Positions 36,570 to 51,298 of a stretch of 64,000 nucleotides of DNA are shown here, in pieces; position 1 is the first letter of the stretch; each line of letters starts with the position of its first letter. The notes under the pieces are model-generated. The model worked only from the letters and a program-made list of their open reading frames with translations, was not told where the DNA came from and searched no databases. Source of the stretch: Phoronis australis (taxonomy: Eukaryota; Animalia; Phoronida); contig NMRA01000676.1 of NCBI GenBank assembly GCA_002633005.1, forward strand, positions 62,001-126,000, written 5' to 3'. The translations under genes and the position numbers were made by a program.

Positions 36570-39500
36570 TAAACTGCCGTATACCGGTAATATGCCATGA
36601 GCAAGAGACGTCTTTTAAGACATCGGACATCACGGACATCGTCTAATGTTTAAAAACATTAGACGATGTCCGTGACCACAGACGTATTTTTTTTCTTTGA
36701 GCAACAATGGTGGAAAGTTGCCGGGCCCCAGGAATATCAGAAGTTGATTTTTTTAAAACTAGGCGTACGCCAGTTGCTCACGAGGCAAAGTAAATATCAA
36801 CAAAATCAAGGGTATCACGCATTCAAGGTGCCTTTTTGTTTTCACCAGATATGGGAGCCGCGTCAACCGAAAGGTTTCGGACTGGCGTTTTTATTATCAG
36901 CTTTTTTTAGTTCACAAGAAGTAAAGTGCAGAGTCATTCAACTGTGACGGTCATGTGGTTGATGGCCACTAGAAGTTAGTAAAATTAAACGTAAACTTTC
37001 TGCATTAAAAGTAGTATATCTTGAAAAAATGATACCACAGTAAGGGAGGATTCTTAAAGATAAGTCTTGACTAAAATACAAGGGTACCAGACAATCTTAC
37101 ATGCGAACCTCGACTCATTTTGCCTTTTGTATGCACGATTTTTTTTTCGTAGTTTTGATGTTGATTTGAACGTATGATTTAGTAGCCGAGAGAATGATTC
37201 AGTGGTTCTGACGTAAGATTCAAACTTGAAGGACATGCTTATGAATGTCTCGTCATACCCTAAAATGGCCTGTCTGAAAATTTCATGAATATTCAAAGTA
37301 ACGTAGAGGTAAATGTGTCTTCATGATTTTTTGAACTGATAAAAATTAGTCATGCCCAAGATGAAATAACTGGCCTTTAAATATTCGCATTATTCACAAG
37401 CACGTATTATTTTTATGTTTAACAGTCAGTCGAGCACTTCTTGCTATGTATTACTCGTATTAATCCCATATTTTAAACGATGAAAACTGACTGTTTGGTG
37501 CGTTTCCAGCAGCCTTCATAATTAATTGTATTTCCACGACGTTTCGACTTCTCTGGCCATCATCACGTGAACGACAAGCGCTGTTACGACGGTATGCACC
37601 GGCACCCACTGTTGCTGACAATTGTTAGATTAATAACTTTGGCCATTGGGCATCCGTGTGTCTTATATAATTTAAATTTCTCACCACTTCAAAGTTATCA
37701 TTTGTTGTTACACGTATCCGATTGAAATTTATGCACACTCCACGCTGCATTTTCAACTTTTTCTTTGATGCAGCTTCTGGTCACACGTATCCACAGATTT
37801 AAAAAAATTCCAAAACGCGAACATTTGAAAACACAGACTTTTAGAAACTTAAACATTTGAAAAATTAACGCAACGTATGGCTTTCAGATACGGGTTCTAT
37901 CCACGACACATATCCACAATTAAACAACTCTTTCGAGAAATGCCATTTCGAACATTTATGAGGATGGGCGAAAACGCAACTTAGTGACAACTTTGACATG
38001 ACGCGATCGTATTCATGTGGACAGGAAACTTTGAAGAAAACTCAAAAAGTTGCGTTTTCAGTGATGTTTGTTTATCCTTGTGGACCGGGAACTTTTTGAA
38101 AGCACCGAGAAAAACTCATGTGAACATGAGCTACAAGTATATACGTACCCGTATTTTTGCGTAACTTCGACAATCCTGTCACACAGAACAAATCGTTACT
38201 ATTGCAGGTGCGACGTTTGCTGCGTAGATTAAATGACCACCGAACCTTGTTAAAAACAAATAATCTCAGTGGCATGCGTAAAAGAAAAATGGTGTAAATC
38301 GAGAATTGATTGCTCCCGCGGCCCATTTCCAATTACAACACAATTTGAGAAGTACTTTTGACCTAATAACAATGTTCGAATAACAACTGGTAACCAAAAG
38401 GTGTTTCAAATATGTCATTTTAAGTTAATTTAAATGAACAAAACGACTTGGTCCATCCATTTGTTTTTGTTAATTAATAGTTTAAACGGGTCGAGCATCC
38501 CATTAGCTATCCAGAGTAACACACACAAACAACAAGACACGTTGTTAAACCCAAAGATCATCTTGGTACCCGAATTTTTCCGAGCTCCATTAGCTCAAAA
38601 TAGTTGTCAATTAGAAAATAATAAGTACGGTTGTACTGAACCCATGCAACTGAAGTCACAAAATAATATTCAATAAGAACCAGTCCGCAGACGCCTGGCG
38701 TGACGGGGCCAAAATCACCCCCTCCCCGTCCGTTGTCAAAGTCCGCCCGATGAACCGCCCAGGAAAATGTTTAATACCACGAACAAGACGATACATTTGT
38801 ACCGATGTTTCGACATTGCTAAATATCAGGTCTGAGATGGAACTTAACTTTTCGGCAAATCACCGAAGAAACGATCTGTAAAAGGCTTGCTTATCACATT
38901 TCACGCCGAGGCCTAATATTTGATTATGAAATCTGCCAGATTACATTATTCTCCAACATGCAGTCATATCTTTTTGGGGATATTTTAATAAACACCTATT
39001 AACAATCCCGTGAAATCATAACACAGTAAGCCAACAATTGTCAAATCCTTAATTAATAGAGTTCACTCTAAATAGACTATCACAGAAACGTACGATTGTG
39101 CGTAAAGATGTTCCCCATACGTATTTTTTACTAAAAACGGTTCGTGATTTTCATCTAGATCGCCATATTTTTCACAAGCTTGAAATTTGTTCACGAAACT
39201 TACAACTGAAATTCTGATCAATCACAGAGTACCCAGAACTGTTCAGACCATAACCTTTTAGTCTGTCAAACATGAAAAGATTATTGAACGTAAAGCGAAG
39301 CACCGGACTTAAAAGGCCGAGATAATTAAAACTTAGAAAAGCTTTTAAATTAATAGAGTTCACTCGTGTTCATCAGCAACACTGTACGGCAAAATCAGCG
39401 AACAATCCCAATCTTCGTTCTCCTGCATTAAAAAATTCGAACTTAATGATGGCAATCTCTGAAAAGGAGACAGTCAGTAGAACGAGGTTCAGTGACACTC

Positions 39501-40744
39501 ATTTGTTCGTGCTCACCAGCTTCACACTGATTTCATTTTGTGCCCCCAATTTTTTTCAGTGCTACGCTGCCACTGTTGTTACGTGTCAGAAGTGACATTG
39601 GTATCTGGAGCCGAAACTTAGACGTGAACTGACACTTTCCAAGCCTGTTCTGAAGCAATAAGTTCTTCTAAAGACCAGAGAACAATTCTAAACACTTTAA
39701 TGCATACCAATCTTTGTATTTGTTGCTAGTTACAGAAATTGTGGAGAGAAAAACGTTTAAATTCTGATACAAAAATAACTCACCACAAAGCCTACTCAAG
39801 GCAAACAATCAGTTCATCCATGTCAGCACCTTGACAATGAGGAGCTAAACAAGTCTACTACAGTCAGTCTACTCTGAAGATCATAGGCAACTTACGTCAT
39901 ACTGCTTCTTGATAAAGTAAGTAGTGAAAAGAGCACTTGTTTCAGTGCTGATGACGAAGTTCCCCAATTTAGGATAATCTTGTTAAGTTTAGACAAAGGT
40001 GAAATGCTCATGTTTTTAATCTGAAGTCCTCCAAAAACATTATTTAATTGGCCATTAACTTACATGCCTTTACAACCCAACAAATTCCTGTTTTAAAATC
40101 ACTTCCTTTTTTAAATAATCACTTTTCAGCTCCAAAATATAAGAAATCTAGTAGTAAACTACTTTAAGCACACAAGCAGGGTTTAAACAAACCAGTTTAA
40201 AGTCCCATGCATCACCACAATGTTTTAACTCTAGTTTTGAAAAGGAACCCTTCATTCTTAATAAGGTGGTTAACTTATCAGTTCTAATTGGGATAAAAAT
40301 GGACCAAACATAGTTCATTGTTTGCTTCCAAGGAAAAACTCATGGCCACAAACTTGACTCCGGCAGCCAGAACTGAGTTATTCCATTTTAGCTTGACCTA
40401 ATTAGGGTTACTTGGGAATTTAACATACTGGGTAGGCCTATTGCTGAACATACAAATGAATAACAGAGAAGAAAAAATCACCAACATTTTAAGTTTGGTC
40501 TGCACGTCACCTATTGGCCACATCACGTGACCTAATGAACAAAAGTTTACCTGGTTCAAGATTTACACACATATATATATATAGTGAAGGAAAAATGCCA
40601 AATATAATTGCCCTGTTATAAACCAGCATGCTTGGTAGAAGTAAGAAATCCAATCAAACTTGACAGCAGGAGTACTAACCTACTCATAACAGCACAACAG
40701 TATATGCACTACCAAGCCTGATTGAATTTCTGTAATTCATCCTT

Positions 40745-40890
40745 GGGCCTGACAGCTCAGTAGACTAAAATGCAAGCACACTTAGCAGAAAGTGCGGGGT
40801 TCTAGCACCGGACAGAGATCTTTTTGGTCATAACTGTAGGTTGCGAGATGTGACTAAAATACCGCATGTAAGAAGACTAACAATCATTAC
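40745..40890 (+). mobile_element. Possible degenerate tRNA-derived SINE
   Basis: A-box-like cagctcagtag and B-box-like ggttctagcacc at tRNA-like spacing; no cloverleaf. Confidence 0.3.
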
Positions 40891-41820
40891 CTATAATGAT
40901 ATTTAATATATCCCACGCATGCACCCAGCCTTCAATATGGGGGGCTCGAATTCTTGGCGATGCGGACCTTTTACTAACAAATTAGTCAGCCGACTAAAAA
41001 AAGCACCACTACCGGAGCTGTACGTGCTGTGAATTGTGCGTTTGCACCATTTTAGTGGACTTTTATCTCATTTTCTCGCACTTTTTGTATCTCTGTGGCA
41101 GACCTTTTTGCCCACTTCGCCAAATGGTGGCGGGGGAGGGGGGCTGATTCGAGCCCCCATGGGTGCGCATGTATCCCTAGCATGAAATTGCTCTCAGTAA
41201 AGGTTCTTCTACTCATGACACAATGTATCTCTAGACACAAACACGACACAATTTAACTTCATCATTATTTGAGCGGCTTCTACTGTACAACCACAATGAC
41301 ACACATAGATTAATTTTTACCATGTAAATCACAATTTTGGAATTCATTTTGTCTGAATTTGAAGAATACCAGGAACACGATATTATACAATATTAGCAGA
41401 GTGAAAAATGCTCATTGTACAATAAAATTTCTCAATCACATGAATGTCTGGACAGCAACTGAGATATCCCCAAGAGGGAAAAGAAACAAGTTCATAAGAA
41501 CAAATGATGTCAGTTCAACACAACAACACTGCCATTATCTAGTTACTTCTACCATGACATCAATTTCCCACTTGTGGTAATCAGCCATACCAACATCAAC
41601 AACACAGTATACTTTTGCGACAGACTTCAAACAGGCAGTGCATTGTGGATTCAACCCGAGTTAAAAATGTTTCTTACATGTACTCAGATGCAAGGAATGC
41701 ACACGATACATTACATCTCGTCTGATCCAATAATACAGGGCAAAAATGTCCTTATACGTTTAAAAATCCCTTGTATACAGAGAGATACATTCTATAATCT
41801 GGTCTGTATAACAAATGGAT

Positions 41821-42417
41821 TCAAATATCTAAAGGATTTAAACCAAACTCTATTAACACTTGTTTATTTTTAGCCTGAATCAACGTCGACATGTCTTCCC
41901 ATTTACGTTTTGACGAATCAATCTTTTCTATTAGAGCATCCAGTGTACTGTGCTGGGCAGATTCATATGCGACAGTCATCTGGTTAATCTTAACCTTTAG
42001 TATGGCAATCTCTTCATCCTTTTCGATGGTGATTCGTTCTTTCTCTTGCAATGTCTTCTTAAGCTCCGCCTGTGTCTGTTCTAATTGGTTTCTTGTCCTC
42101 TCTAGCTCTGCCTCCAGTAGATGTATCCTGTGACCCATTTCACTCTGCATTGTCTTGTACTGTCTAGTCATGTCCGAGCTGACCGCTTTATGATCAGTCA
42201 AGTTGGTCTGCAAGTCGTGTTGAGCATCCTCCATTTGCATCTTCATGACCTCCTGCGAGACCCTTGACCTACGAACTATATCCTTCCTCACAGCCAATTG
42301 GTCCTTCAAAGCTTCAATCTCCTCCATGGTTCTCTTGTATTTGTCTTCCAGCTCCAGTTCAGCATCATCCTTCTTCGCCTTCTTCTTCTTCTTCCCCTTC
42401 TTCTTTTTGGGCGGCAT
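41821..42417 (-). CDS. CCDC153: Coiled-coil domain-containing protein 153 / dynein regulatory complex protein 12
   Basis: MPPKKKKGKK...ALKDQLAVRKD...DMTRQYKTMQ...YE...LDALIEKI...KWE...EFGLNP follows human CCDC153 (LRDHLALRRD, EMSRQ, SLDRLLAKL, QFGLTP). Single coding exon with an acceptor just 5' of the ATG. Confidence 0.88.
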   Translation of the reverse strand: MPPKKKKGKKKKKAKKDDAELELEDKYKRTMEEIEALKDQLAVRKDIVRRSRVSQEVMKMQMEDAQHDLQTNLTDHKAVSSDMTRQYKTMQSEMGHRIHLLEAELERTRNQLEQTQAELKKTLQEKERITIEKDEEIAILKVKINQMTVAYESAQHSTLDALIEKIDSSKRKWEDMSTLIQAKNKQVLIEFGLNPLDI

Positions 42418-44027
42418 TTTGTTGGTGATCTGTAATGAGAAATTTGTGATGAAAAATAATCAAATCCAGTCTGCCAAGAAGATGAGTAAACGCAGATGAG
42501 ACGTCCTTGTTACGGTATTGTCTACAGACGGCAACATTTACTTACAGGAGTATTATCTGAGCACACAAATGAACGACTGTAACTCAGATTAGACTTGCTG
42601 TCTTCACCAGCTTGTGCACTCTTCTATATCTGCTAAGTAGTAACGAACACCCTGCATATCTATCCAGTACTTAGACATAAACTCTGCGTAAAATATTTCA
42701 AAATGCTTCTCCCTGTCATGAGGTCTTTGGTAGCTAGCTAGAGTTTCGCAAGCTGAAGACTATGATTGCAAATGTGGACAACTGTTTTGCATCCCCATCT
42801 GAGACATAGAGAATACAGAGTCCTTAATGAAAGACAGGCTACATGGCTCAGACAAAGGTGACAATCAAACTCCCGCCTTAACCACAGCGACTTCACCACA
42901 AAATCAAAGTGGCTACCAATGCAGTTGCGTTCTGTCCAAGAAGCAAATTTTGGATTGACCATCGTAAAATTGGTCTTGACTTCTTTCCTATACAGACGAC
43001 TAGTGACTTCTGACAGTTCACTGTGCCTTGTTGATGACACGCATTGAGAAGTCAATTTGAAAAGCATGGTCACAACCAACAATCAACTACCAGTTCTCTC
43101 GAAACAATGAAGTTATTTCCAATTTGACTAAGGAACAATTTGAGAGCAATTTCACAATGGCCAGTGATGTAAAAGTTGTTTTTTTTTGTGATGGAAGACA
43201 TGTTTCGCTACTTAGAGACCAGATTCCTCACCTGTATCCAAGTGCAGTACTGGAATTTGGTTACCGGGTAAATGGTCTCTGGGAATGAAGTGTTTTCAGC
43301 TCGAATGTGGAGTATAGGGGTGAAGGCCTGGGATTTGTACTATGGATTTGGTGTTTGCATGGTGTGAGACTGGATGTTATGGGCTTGGCCGGCCATGCAA
43401 TCATCCAGAGCACCCCCTGTTGATATGCTTACAAAAATGGGTTTGCTCAAATATAACTTCGTTCTATTCAGAAAGTAAAAAGGATTTGGCTGCTACTTAT
43501 TACATAATGTCCAAAATCAAGAGTTGGTTGGTCAGTCATGGGTTATAACTGCTTTAGCGGTGAGCACGAATATAAATTCCACTGCCAAAGGAGTTCAGAA
43601 GATAAAACGATAAATAACATATAAAAACCTGGCTGAGAATACAAGTGCTTGTACTGAGTTTCACATCATGATTGGTTCAAAGGACTCTACAGGCTGGCGG
43701 AGTAATTTCAATCACAGGTGTGAGCTAAGACATACATTTAGCAAAAAGAAGGTACCATATTCAGAAGCGTTCATGACCTTACAAGCTCCCCCCACGTGTT
43801 TTTAGACTTCGCTGAAATAAGCACCCAGACCATGAACATGTACATGTGAAAAATACCTTACCTACAGTTCTAAAATTCTACACTAACGTCTTCAATTTAT
43901 CAATAAGATCGGACAGTCCTGAAAAATCATTTTGACCATAATTTCTAAACCACCAGCCTCAAGTCTGCAAGTGTTAATTTCTTTAGTTACAATGCACACC
44001 TAGGTCAATTGCATTTACTCTTGACTG

Positions 44028-47000
44028 GCAAACGAACTCTGATGAATAACGCACGCGCTCGCTCACACACACACACGCAGACGAAATTCAAAACAAATGT
44101 CACGTGACAACAACATGTGTGTTCATCCATAGATTTTCTCATGTTGCGGGGTACGATCTAGCGCAATTGGACATAATCTGCAGTTAATCCCGACTCCACA
44201 GGAACGTTAAAAATATTAGGGAGGCTATTTGGAAAACTCAGAATTTCAGCTAATTTTTTGAGTCGAAACACTATTTTTATTCAAGAATTAAAGTTGCCCT
44301 ATCGACAATCGCAGTGACGCAAGTCAGAGGGTTTTCAGCATAATTTTCCGAAAAATGATCGTAATTTATAACAACAAAGTTTGATAGCAATGCACCATTT
44401 GTAAAAGTCTGTCACGGGTTACAGTTAATGTCACAGAGCGTAAATTTGACGAATCTTAGGTTCCGATTTCACCGGTATCGGAGACCGGGTTTCAACTGCC
44501 TGGAGGCTACAATAAGCGCAGCCCTGAAACGAATTTTTCTAAGCGCCCCGTGCGCTTATTAAGATAAACACGGTACTTTTCAAAACATTGATTTTCCCAA
44601 AACTTCAGTGACTGCAGATTCAATATCTAATACAGTACAACTGGTGCTTATAAACTTAAATTTTGAAAACAGAAAAACATAAATTTTAAAAACAGAAATT
44701 ACAACTAGTTTGGTGTGGCTTTGGTGATCAGTTTGCACACCTGAATTAGAATGAACATCAGAAATTTGGGTTCAGTTTCTAAGCTTCAAAACAAATACTG
44801 GCTTCAATAACTATGGTCAAAGTTAACACACAATTCACTAAATTACCTTTTGATGGGAAGCGTTGATCACACAAAGATGTCAGAGATCAGTTACTCTAGT
44901 GAATTATACTGTTACTAAGAACTCTACAATCAAAGATGGCTGTGCACCTGAATACTATGACCTTTTGACCTACTTTGATCAGGTTGCTATTGACAATTAT
45001 TATGCCCACATTGGGACCAAGGTAAAAACAAGGCTTCAACTTAAACAAATGGAAGGTGTATGGTTGAAAGTTTTTATTAAAATAAAGCAAATAAAAGTAT
45101 TAGTGTTTGAAATAGGGACTGCTTAAACCGAAGCAGAATTGGATATTAAACTTGTTCAATGGGGCATTGCCTTTATTCTACAAATTTTCAAAAAGTGTGA
45201 AAATATTAATAAAATGAAAAATCTATGTAATGTCTGTTCATGTAAAATTGATTTGCTGTATGTTATGTATTAAGTCTCCAAAACTGAATTTACAAAACCC
45301 AGCCATGTGAAAAATATAACACTGCTTCATACAACAGTAAATGTTCAATAATTTTGCATGCAAAACTTGTCAATATTACCACTTTTCTATTTTGAAGTAA
45401 CATTCTAAGATTAATCACAATTTTAATAAACATCCTGTACAGTGAAGAAATAATGAAGGAGAATTTTTCTTAAAATTTTAACTTTTGTTGACATAAGAAA
45501 CCTCACAAAAATCCACTATTGCCATAGTTTGTACTAAATAGGCAAAGCATTAAGGCAAACAAAGTTTATTGACACAGTATACCTATATTTGTCTGGTTTC
45601 TATTTGCCAAAGCTGTATACAGTAAGTTCTGAAGGTGCAAATTTCACAACCTGGTTGACACAACAATGCTCCTTAAATTAAATCTCCACCAAAGCTCAGT
45701 GGTTAATTATCAGTCCACGATCTACATACGAACAAGTATAAACAAATCTTAAATACCCTGCAATCAAGTTGTTTAATGAATTAGACAATTGAAAAAAATC
45801 CTGGCTAGCTCAAAACAAACCCAAAAGAGACATACTCAAATGCTTTACTATCAGAAGAAAACTACTGGCGTGCGTTCAGTAGACGCTAGGACCTATGCTA
45901 GGACCTAGCTAAAATCTGGTCAAGGTCACGTGTTCCCACTTAAAATACACGGCAATTACTCACGTAATCTCGCGAAGTCTTGCTTTTTAGCGAGGTCCTA
46001 GTGTTACTGAACGGGAGGCTGGTGTGTGTATGTGTTCCAAATTTAAGAAGGTTAGCAGATTTCAACTGGATCAATAAGCTCATTGACTGGATCCACTATA
46101 ACCTTACCCATGGCCATTGACAAGCCAGACAATAGAGGGCATAATTACAAAATATTCAGGTATAGAACTGTATCACTACAGGGAACCCTAACAGAGTAAA
46201 GGTCAGAAGAGTTGCACAACTACACTGACAGTGAGCAAAGTCAAAGTTTGCGGTGAGTTTTAACCAAAGTGGACCTCATTAGGATATTTTTTAACTTTGA
46301 AATCACCATTTGTATGTGAACATGAGTTCTGAACTTTCTTGTTAAATGTATAATCATTTAAGACATCAGAAGATCCAATAAAAATGAGTGAATAATTTTC
46401 CTNGCAAATGAACTCTGATGAATAACGCACGCGCTCGCTCACACACACACACGCAGACGAAATTCAAAACAAATGTCACGTGACAACAACATGCGTGTTC
46501 ATCCAGAGATTTTCTCATGTTGCGGGGTACGATCTAGCGCAATTGGACATAATCTGCAGTTAATCCCGACTCCACAGGAACATAAAAATATTAGGGAGGC
46601 TATTTGGAAAACTCAGAATTTCAGCTAATTTTTTGAGTCGAAACAGTATTTTTATTCAAGAATTAAAGTTGCCCTATGGACAATCGCAGTGACGCATAAG
46701 TCAGAGGGTTTTCAGCATAATTTTCTGAAAAATGATCGTAATTTATAACAACGAAGTTTGATAGCAATGCACCAACATTTTGTAAAAGTCTGTCACGGGT
46801 TACAGTTAATGTCACAGAGCGTAAATTTGATGAATCTTAGCTTCCGATTTCACCGGTATCGGAGACCGGGTTTCAACCGCTTGGAGGCTACAATAAGCGC
46901 AGCCCTGAAAAGGCCCGTGCGCTTATTAAGGTAAACACGGTACTTTTCAAAACATTGATTTTCCCAAAACTTCAGTGACTGCAGATTCAATATCTAATAC

Positions 47001-48769
47001 AGTACAACTGGTGCTTATAAACATAAATTTTGAAAACAGAAAAACATAAATTCTAAAAACAGAAATTACAACTAGTTTGGTGTGGCTTTGGTGATCAGCT
47101 TGCACACCTGAATTAGAATGAACATCAGAAATTTGGGTTCAGTTTCTAAGCTTCAAAACAAATACTGGCTTCAATAACTATGGTCAAAGTTAACACACAA
47201 TTCACTAAATTACCTTTTGATGGGAAACGTTGATCACACAAAGATGTCAGAGATCAGTTACTCTAGTGAATTATACTGTTACTAAGAACTCTACAATCAA
47301 AGATGGCTGTGCACCTGAATACTATGACCTTTTGACCTACTTTGATCAGGTTGCTATTGACAATTATTATGCCCACATTGGGACCAAGGTAAAAACAAGG
47401 CTTCAACTTAAACAAATGGAAGGTGTATGGTTGAAAGTTTTTATTAAAATAAAGCAAATAAAAGTATTAGTGTTTGAAATAGGGACTGCTTAAACCGAAG
47501 CAGAATTGGATATTAAACTTGTTCAATGGGGCATTGCCTTTATTCTACAAATTTTCAAAAAGTGTGAAAATATTAATAAAATGAAAAATCTATGTAATGT
47601 CTGTTCATGTAAAATTGATTTGCTGTATGTTATGTATTAAGTCTCCAAAACTGAATTTACAAAACCCAGCCATGTGAAAAATATAACACTGCTTCATACA
47701 ACAGTAAATGTTCAATAATTTTGCATGCAAAACTTGTCAATATTACCACTTTTCTATTTTGAAGTAACATTCTAAGATTAATCACAATTTTAATAAACAT
47801 CCTGTACAGTGAAGAAATAATGAAGGAGAATTTTTCTTAAAATTTTAACTTTTGTTGACATAAGAAACCTCACAAAAATCCACTATTGCCATAGTTTGTA
47901 CTAAATAGGCAAAGCATTAAGGCAAACAAAGTTTATTGACACAGTATACCTATATTTGTCTGGTTTCTATTTGCCAAAGCTGTATACAGTAAGTTCTGAA
48001 GGTGCAAATTTCACAACCTGGTTGACACAACAATGCTCCTTAAATTAAATCTCCACCAAAGCTCAGTGGTTAATTATCAGTCCACGATCTACATACGAAC
48101 AAGTATAAACAAATCTTAAATACCCTGCAATCAAGTTGTTTAATGAATTAGACAATTGAAAAAAATCCTGGCTAGCTCAAAACAAACCCAAAAGAGACAT
48201 ACTCAAATGCTTTACTATCAGAAGAAAACTACTGGCGTGCGTTCAGTAGACGCTAGGACCTATGCTAGGACCTAGCTAAAATCTGGTCAAGGTCACGTGT
48301 TCCCACTTAAAATACACGGCAATTACTCACGTAATCTCGCGAAGTCTTGCTTTTTAGCGAGGTCCTAGTGTTACTGAACGGGAGGCTGGTGTGTGTATGT
48401 GTTCCAAATTTAAGAAGGTTAGCAGATTTCAACTGGATCAATAAGCTCATTGACTGGATCCACTATAACCTTACCCATGGCCATTGACAAGCCAGACAAT
48501 AGAGGGCATAATTACAAAATATTCAGGTATAGAACTGTATCACTACAGGGAACCCTAACAGAGTAAAGGTCAGAAGAGTTGCACAACTACACTGACAGTG
48601 AGCAAAGTCAAAGTTTGCGGTGAGTTTTAACCAAAGTGGACCTCATTAGGATATTTTTTAACTTTGAAATCACCATTTGTATGTGAACATGAGTTCTGAA
48701 CTTTCTTGTTAAATGTATAATCATTTAAGACATCAGAAGATCCAATAAAAATGAGTGAATAATTTTCCT
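44028..48769. repeat. ~2.37-kb tandem duplication (44028-46402 / 46404-48769) joined by one N; probable haplotype artefact
   Basis: Single n at 46403; the copies are near-identical. Confidence 0.88.
45868..46018. mobile_element. Short degenerate Harbinger-like MITE (second copy at ~48235-48385)
   Basis: Imperfect TIRs cgttcagtagacgctaggacct / aggtcctagtgttactgaacg, flanked by CTG on both sides. Confidence 0.5.
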
Positions 48770-49311
48770 TTGGCCCGTTTCTTGATAAGTCTATCATTGG
48801 CTTTTGTCTTTTGACTTTCAGATAAAAATCAATCTGTCTGTTTCATGAAAATCAGGCAAAGGCTGAGCATTAGAAAACCTGTCTACAAACTTGAAGTCCA
48901 AAGACAGAAATTCATAGACACGAAATTAAACATTTCAAAAAACGCAGATTGCTGACTTTTGGCTAAGTAGAATGACAAAAGACAAAAGCCAATACCGTTG
49001 TCTTTGAGAACTATAATAGGCGAGTGAATGAGGCACATCCACAATGACAGTGTATGGTTAACTTGGAAGTGGGTTAAGGGTATGTACGACGTTATCAACT
49101 TGTCGATGTACTTAGCCAAATATCTACAACACCATAGAATTTAACTCAGTAAAAGTTTTGATTTTTTGAAAGTGGAAAGCCTGTAGTCTATGATTTTTCA
49201 CATCATATCAACCTGTTGTTAAGTGGATTACATAACCATGTCTTTTTAGTAAAATTGAGCAAAAAGGAAAGGTACATCTTGAGCAAAACAATAACATGAC
49301 CAAATTTTAGG

Positions 49312-49522
49312 GAATAAAGTAGTTACCTACTGGCGACCTGTTTGTATTTGCGGACCTAGCTCTTGGGCCTGTCGGCCACTCTTTCTTGGGATATTGATGG
49401 AAATCTTCAGGTTACATGGCCACCTGTGGGTGGTCCTTGGCAGTTGTCGAACACGACTTGGACAGGCTCAAAAGCTAGGTCCGCAAATAAAAACAGGTCG
49501 CCGATGGGTAACTACTTTATTC
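49312..49522. mobile_element. MITE with ~62-bp terminal inverted repeats
   Basis: gaataaagtagttacc...ggcgacctgttt...atttgcggacctagct...gcctgtc is the reverse complement of 49461-49522. Confidence 0.8.
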
Positions 49523-50897
49523 TCCATACTATGTAAGAGTGCAGTATGTACATTCATTCTACCACGACCAACTTTTGTTTGACATAAATGTACAAGATGA
49601 TGTGTTTTCCTTTTATATCACTGTTTTTTATAAAAATCAACGTCCTATTTTTGATAACCCCGTATCCAAGTTTGTAACATTTTAAAAACAACTTCCAACA
49701 GCGTTTTAGAAGACAGCTACATAACTTGAAGTGTGCTACCTAAAAGTTTCACATGAATCTGATAGCGATGTTCCAATTTTTGCCAAAATTTAGCCATCTT
49801 CCAAGCATCCTACGCAAACCTAAAATTCTCATAAGGCCCTTTCATATTAACTTTGATGCGTTAATGTTTTTGGGGAGTAGCAGTCAGTATGAATGGTTAA
49901 CTTCAGTCCTGCATCGAAGTCAAAAGTGCCAGTTAACTTTGCAGTAAACAGGTGGCTTTAACACCGCAGCGTCGATGCTGCGGTGCAGTATGAATGGTCA
50001 ACTTCGATCTTATCCAAGTTATCACCAGGGGCCACTGTTAACAACAATTAGATGGCAGTGTCGTCGCTTATAGTTGCTTATATTTGGTTCAAAAAGTCAC
50101 CATTCGAAATAGACATAAGTTTAATGTCAATTATATGTACTTTACTGTGTTAAAAGCTTAAAACTTTTGTTAATATTTGGCTAAATGTACCGACTTGTAG
50201 CTAAGCTCCAACATAACCTTAATGTTTCCTTGGCACAGACCTGTGTCAAGGTGCATGTGTGTGTCCATCATGACTTGCCACCATCTGCCTTCTCCTGTCT
50301 ACATTTGTTTCAAAATGGCTTAGTTTTGCATAATAATTAGGTAAAATGACACAATTTAGGACACAATATGGCTCACAAGTGAAATTATCAGTTTTCCTTG
50401 AATTACATGTTGCACCAACAGTAAGGCTTTTGCCATGTTCTTGTTACCGCGGCTACCGGATCAGATATCGTCTTGCAAAATGTGACCATTCACAACAATG
50501 TTTGAAGTACTTGAAAATGAAAAAAATGTTGTTTTTGACAATCATTTTTGACCGAAATTAGCGAGACTTTAGCGTGCGCACAAAAACTGGTTGCGTCTCC
50601 AAAGGAAATTATCTCAGCCACTTATGTTGCCCTGAGTGTTTGCAAGCCTTGAAAATGACCCCCCAGCCAGACATTAATAAACAAGTCCAGGCTGAACCAG
50701 TGAATGTAAACAGTTAACTGGCCAATATCAGATAACATTAAATAAACAAAGTGGAAAGTATGGTAATAACCATACATGCCCCAACAGCAGTACAGCTGAG
50801 AACAAAAGTAATGGACAACCTACAAAAGACTATTAATAACTGTTATGTCAGCAAATTCTAATTACAGAATGGCTTAGTCACCTTACTAACATCCCTG

Positions 50898-51298
50898 GGC
50901 CCGGTCTCTAATCTTTGTACTCGAAACGAACTCGAAACTATCTTTGGCAATTTCTCTGCTCCTTTTGTGCGAACTTAAGATAATTGGTTATCAGACTGTG
51001 CTCGAATACATTATAGTTTATGCATAGGAGTTTCTAGTTCAAGCTTGCCCTTGAAGACCCTTATATTTGTGCTACCAACTCGAGTAAAAACTCGAACTTT
51101 CGAGTTCAAACTCGAAGTTATTGCTTTAATATTGGGTTTACAAACTGTGAACTAAGGGCAATAAATTATCTACGTAAGTTATTGTGTACTCGAGCATAGA
51201 ATAATGGACACTTATCTTGATTTCGCCCAAAAGTAGAGTAGAAAATGCCAAACCTAATTTCGAGTTCCATTTCCAGTAAAAAGATTGGAGACCGGGCC
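50898..51298. mobile_element. PIF/Harbinger-type palindromic MITE
   Basis: TIRs ggcccggtctc(t/c)aatcttt... / ...aaagattggagaccgggcc with CTG target-site duplication (50895-50897, 51299-51301). Confidence 0.82.

Noticed and set aside
44863-47493. Identical 87-aa ORFs at 44863 and 47230 as a duplicated gene
   Set aside because: Non-ATG start, no recognisable homology or splice context, and both sit within the artefactual duplication.
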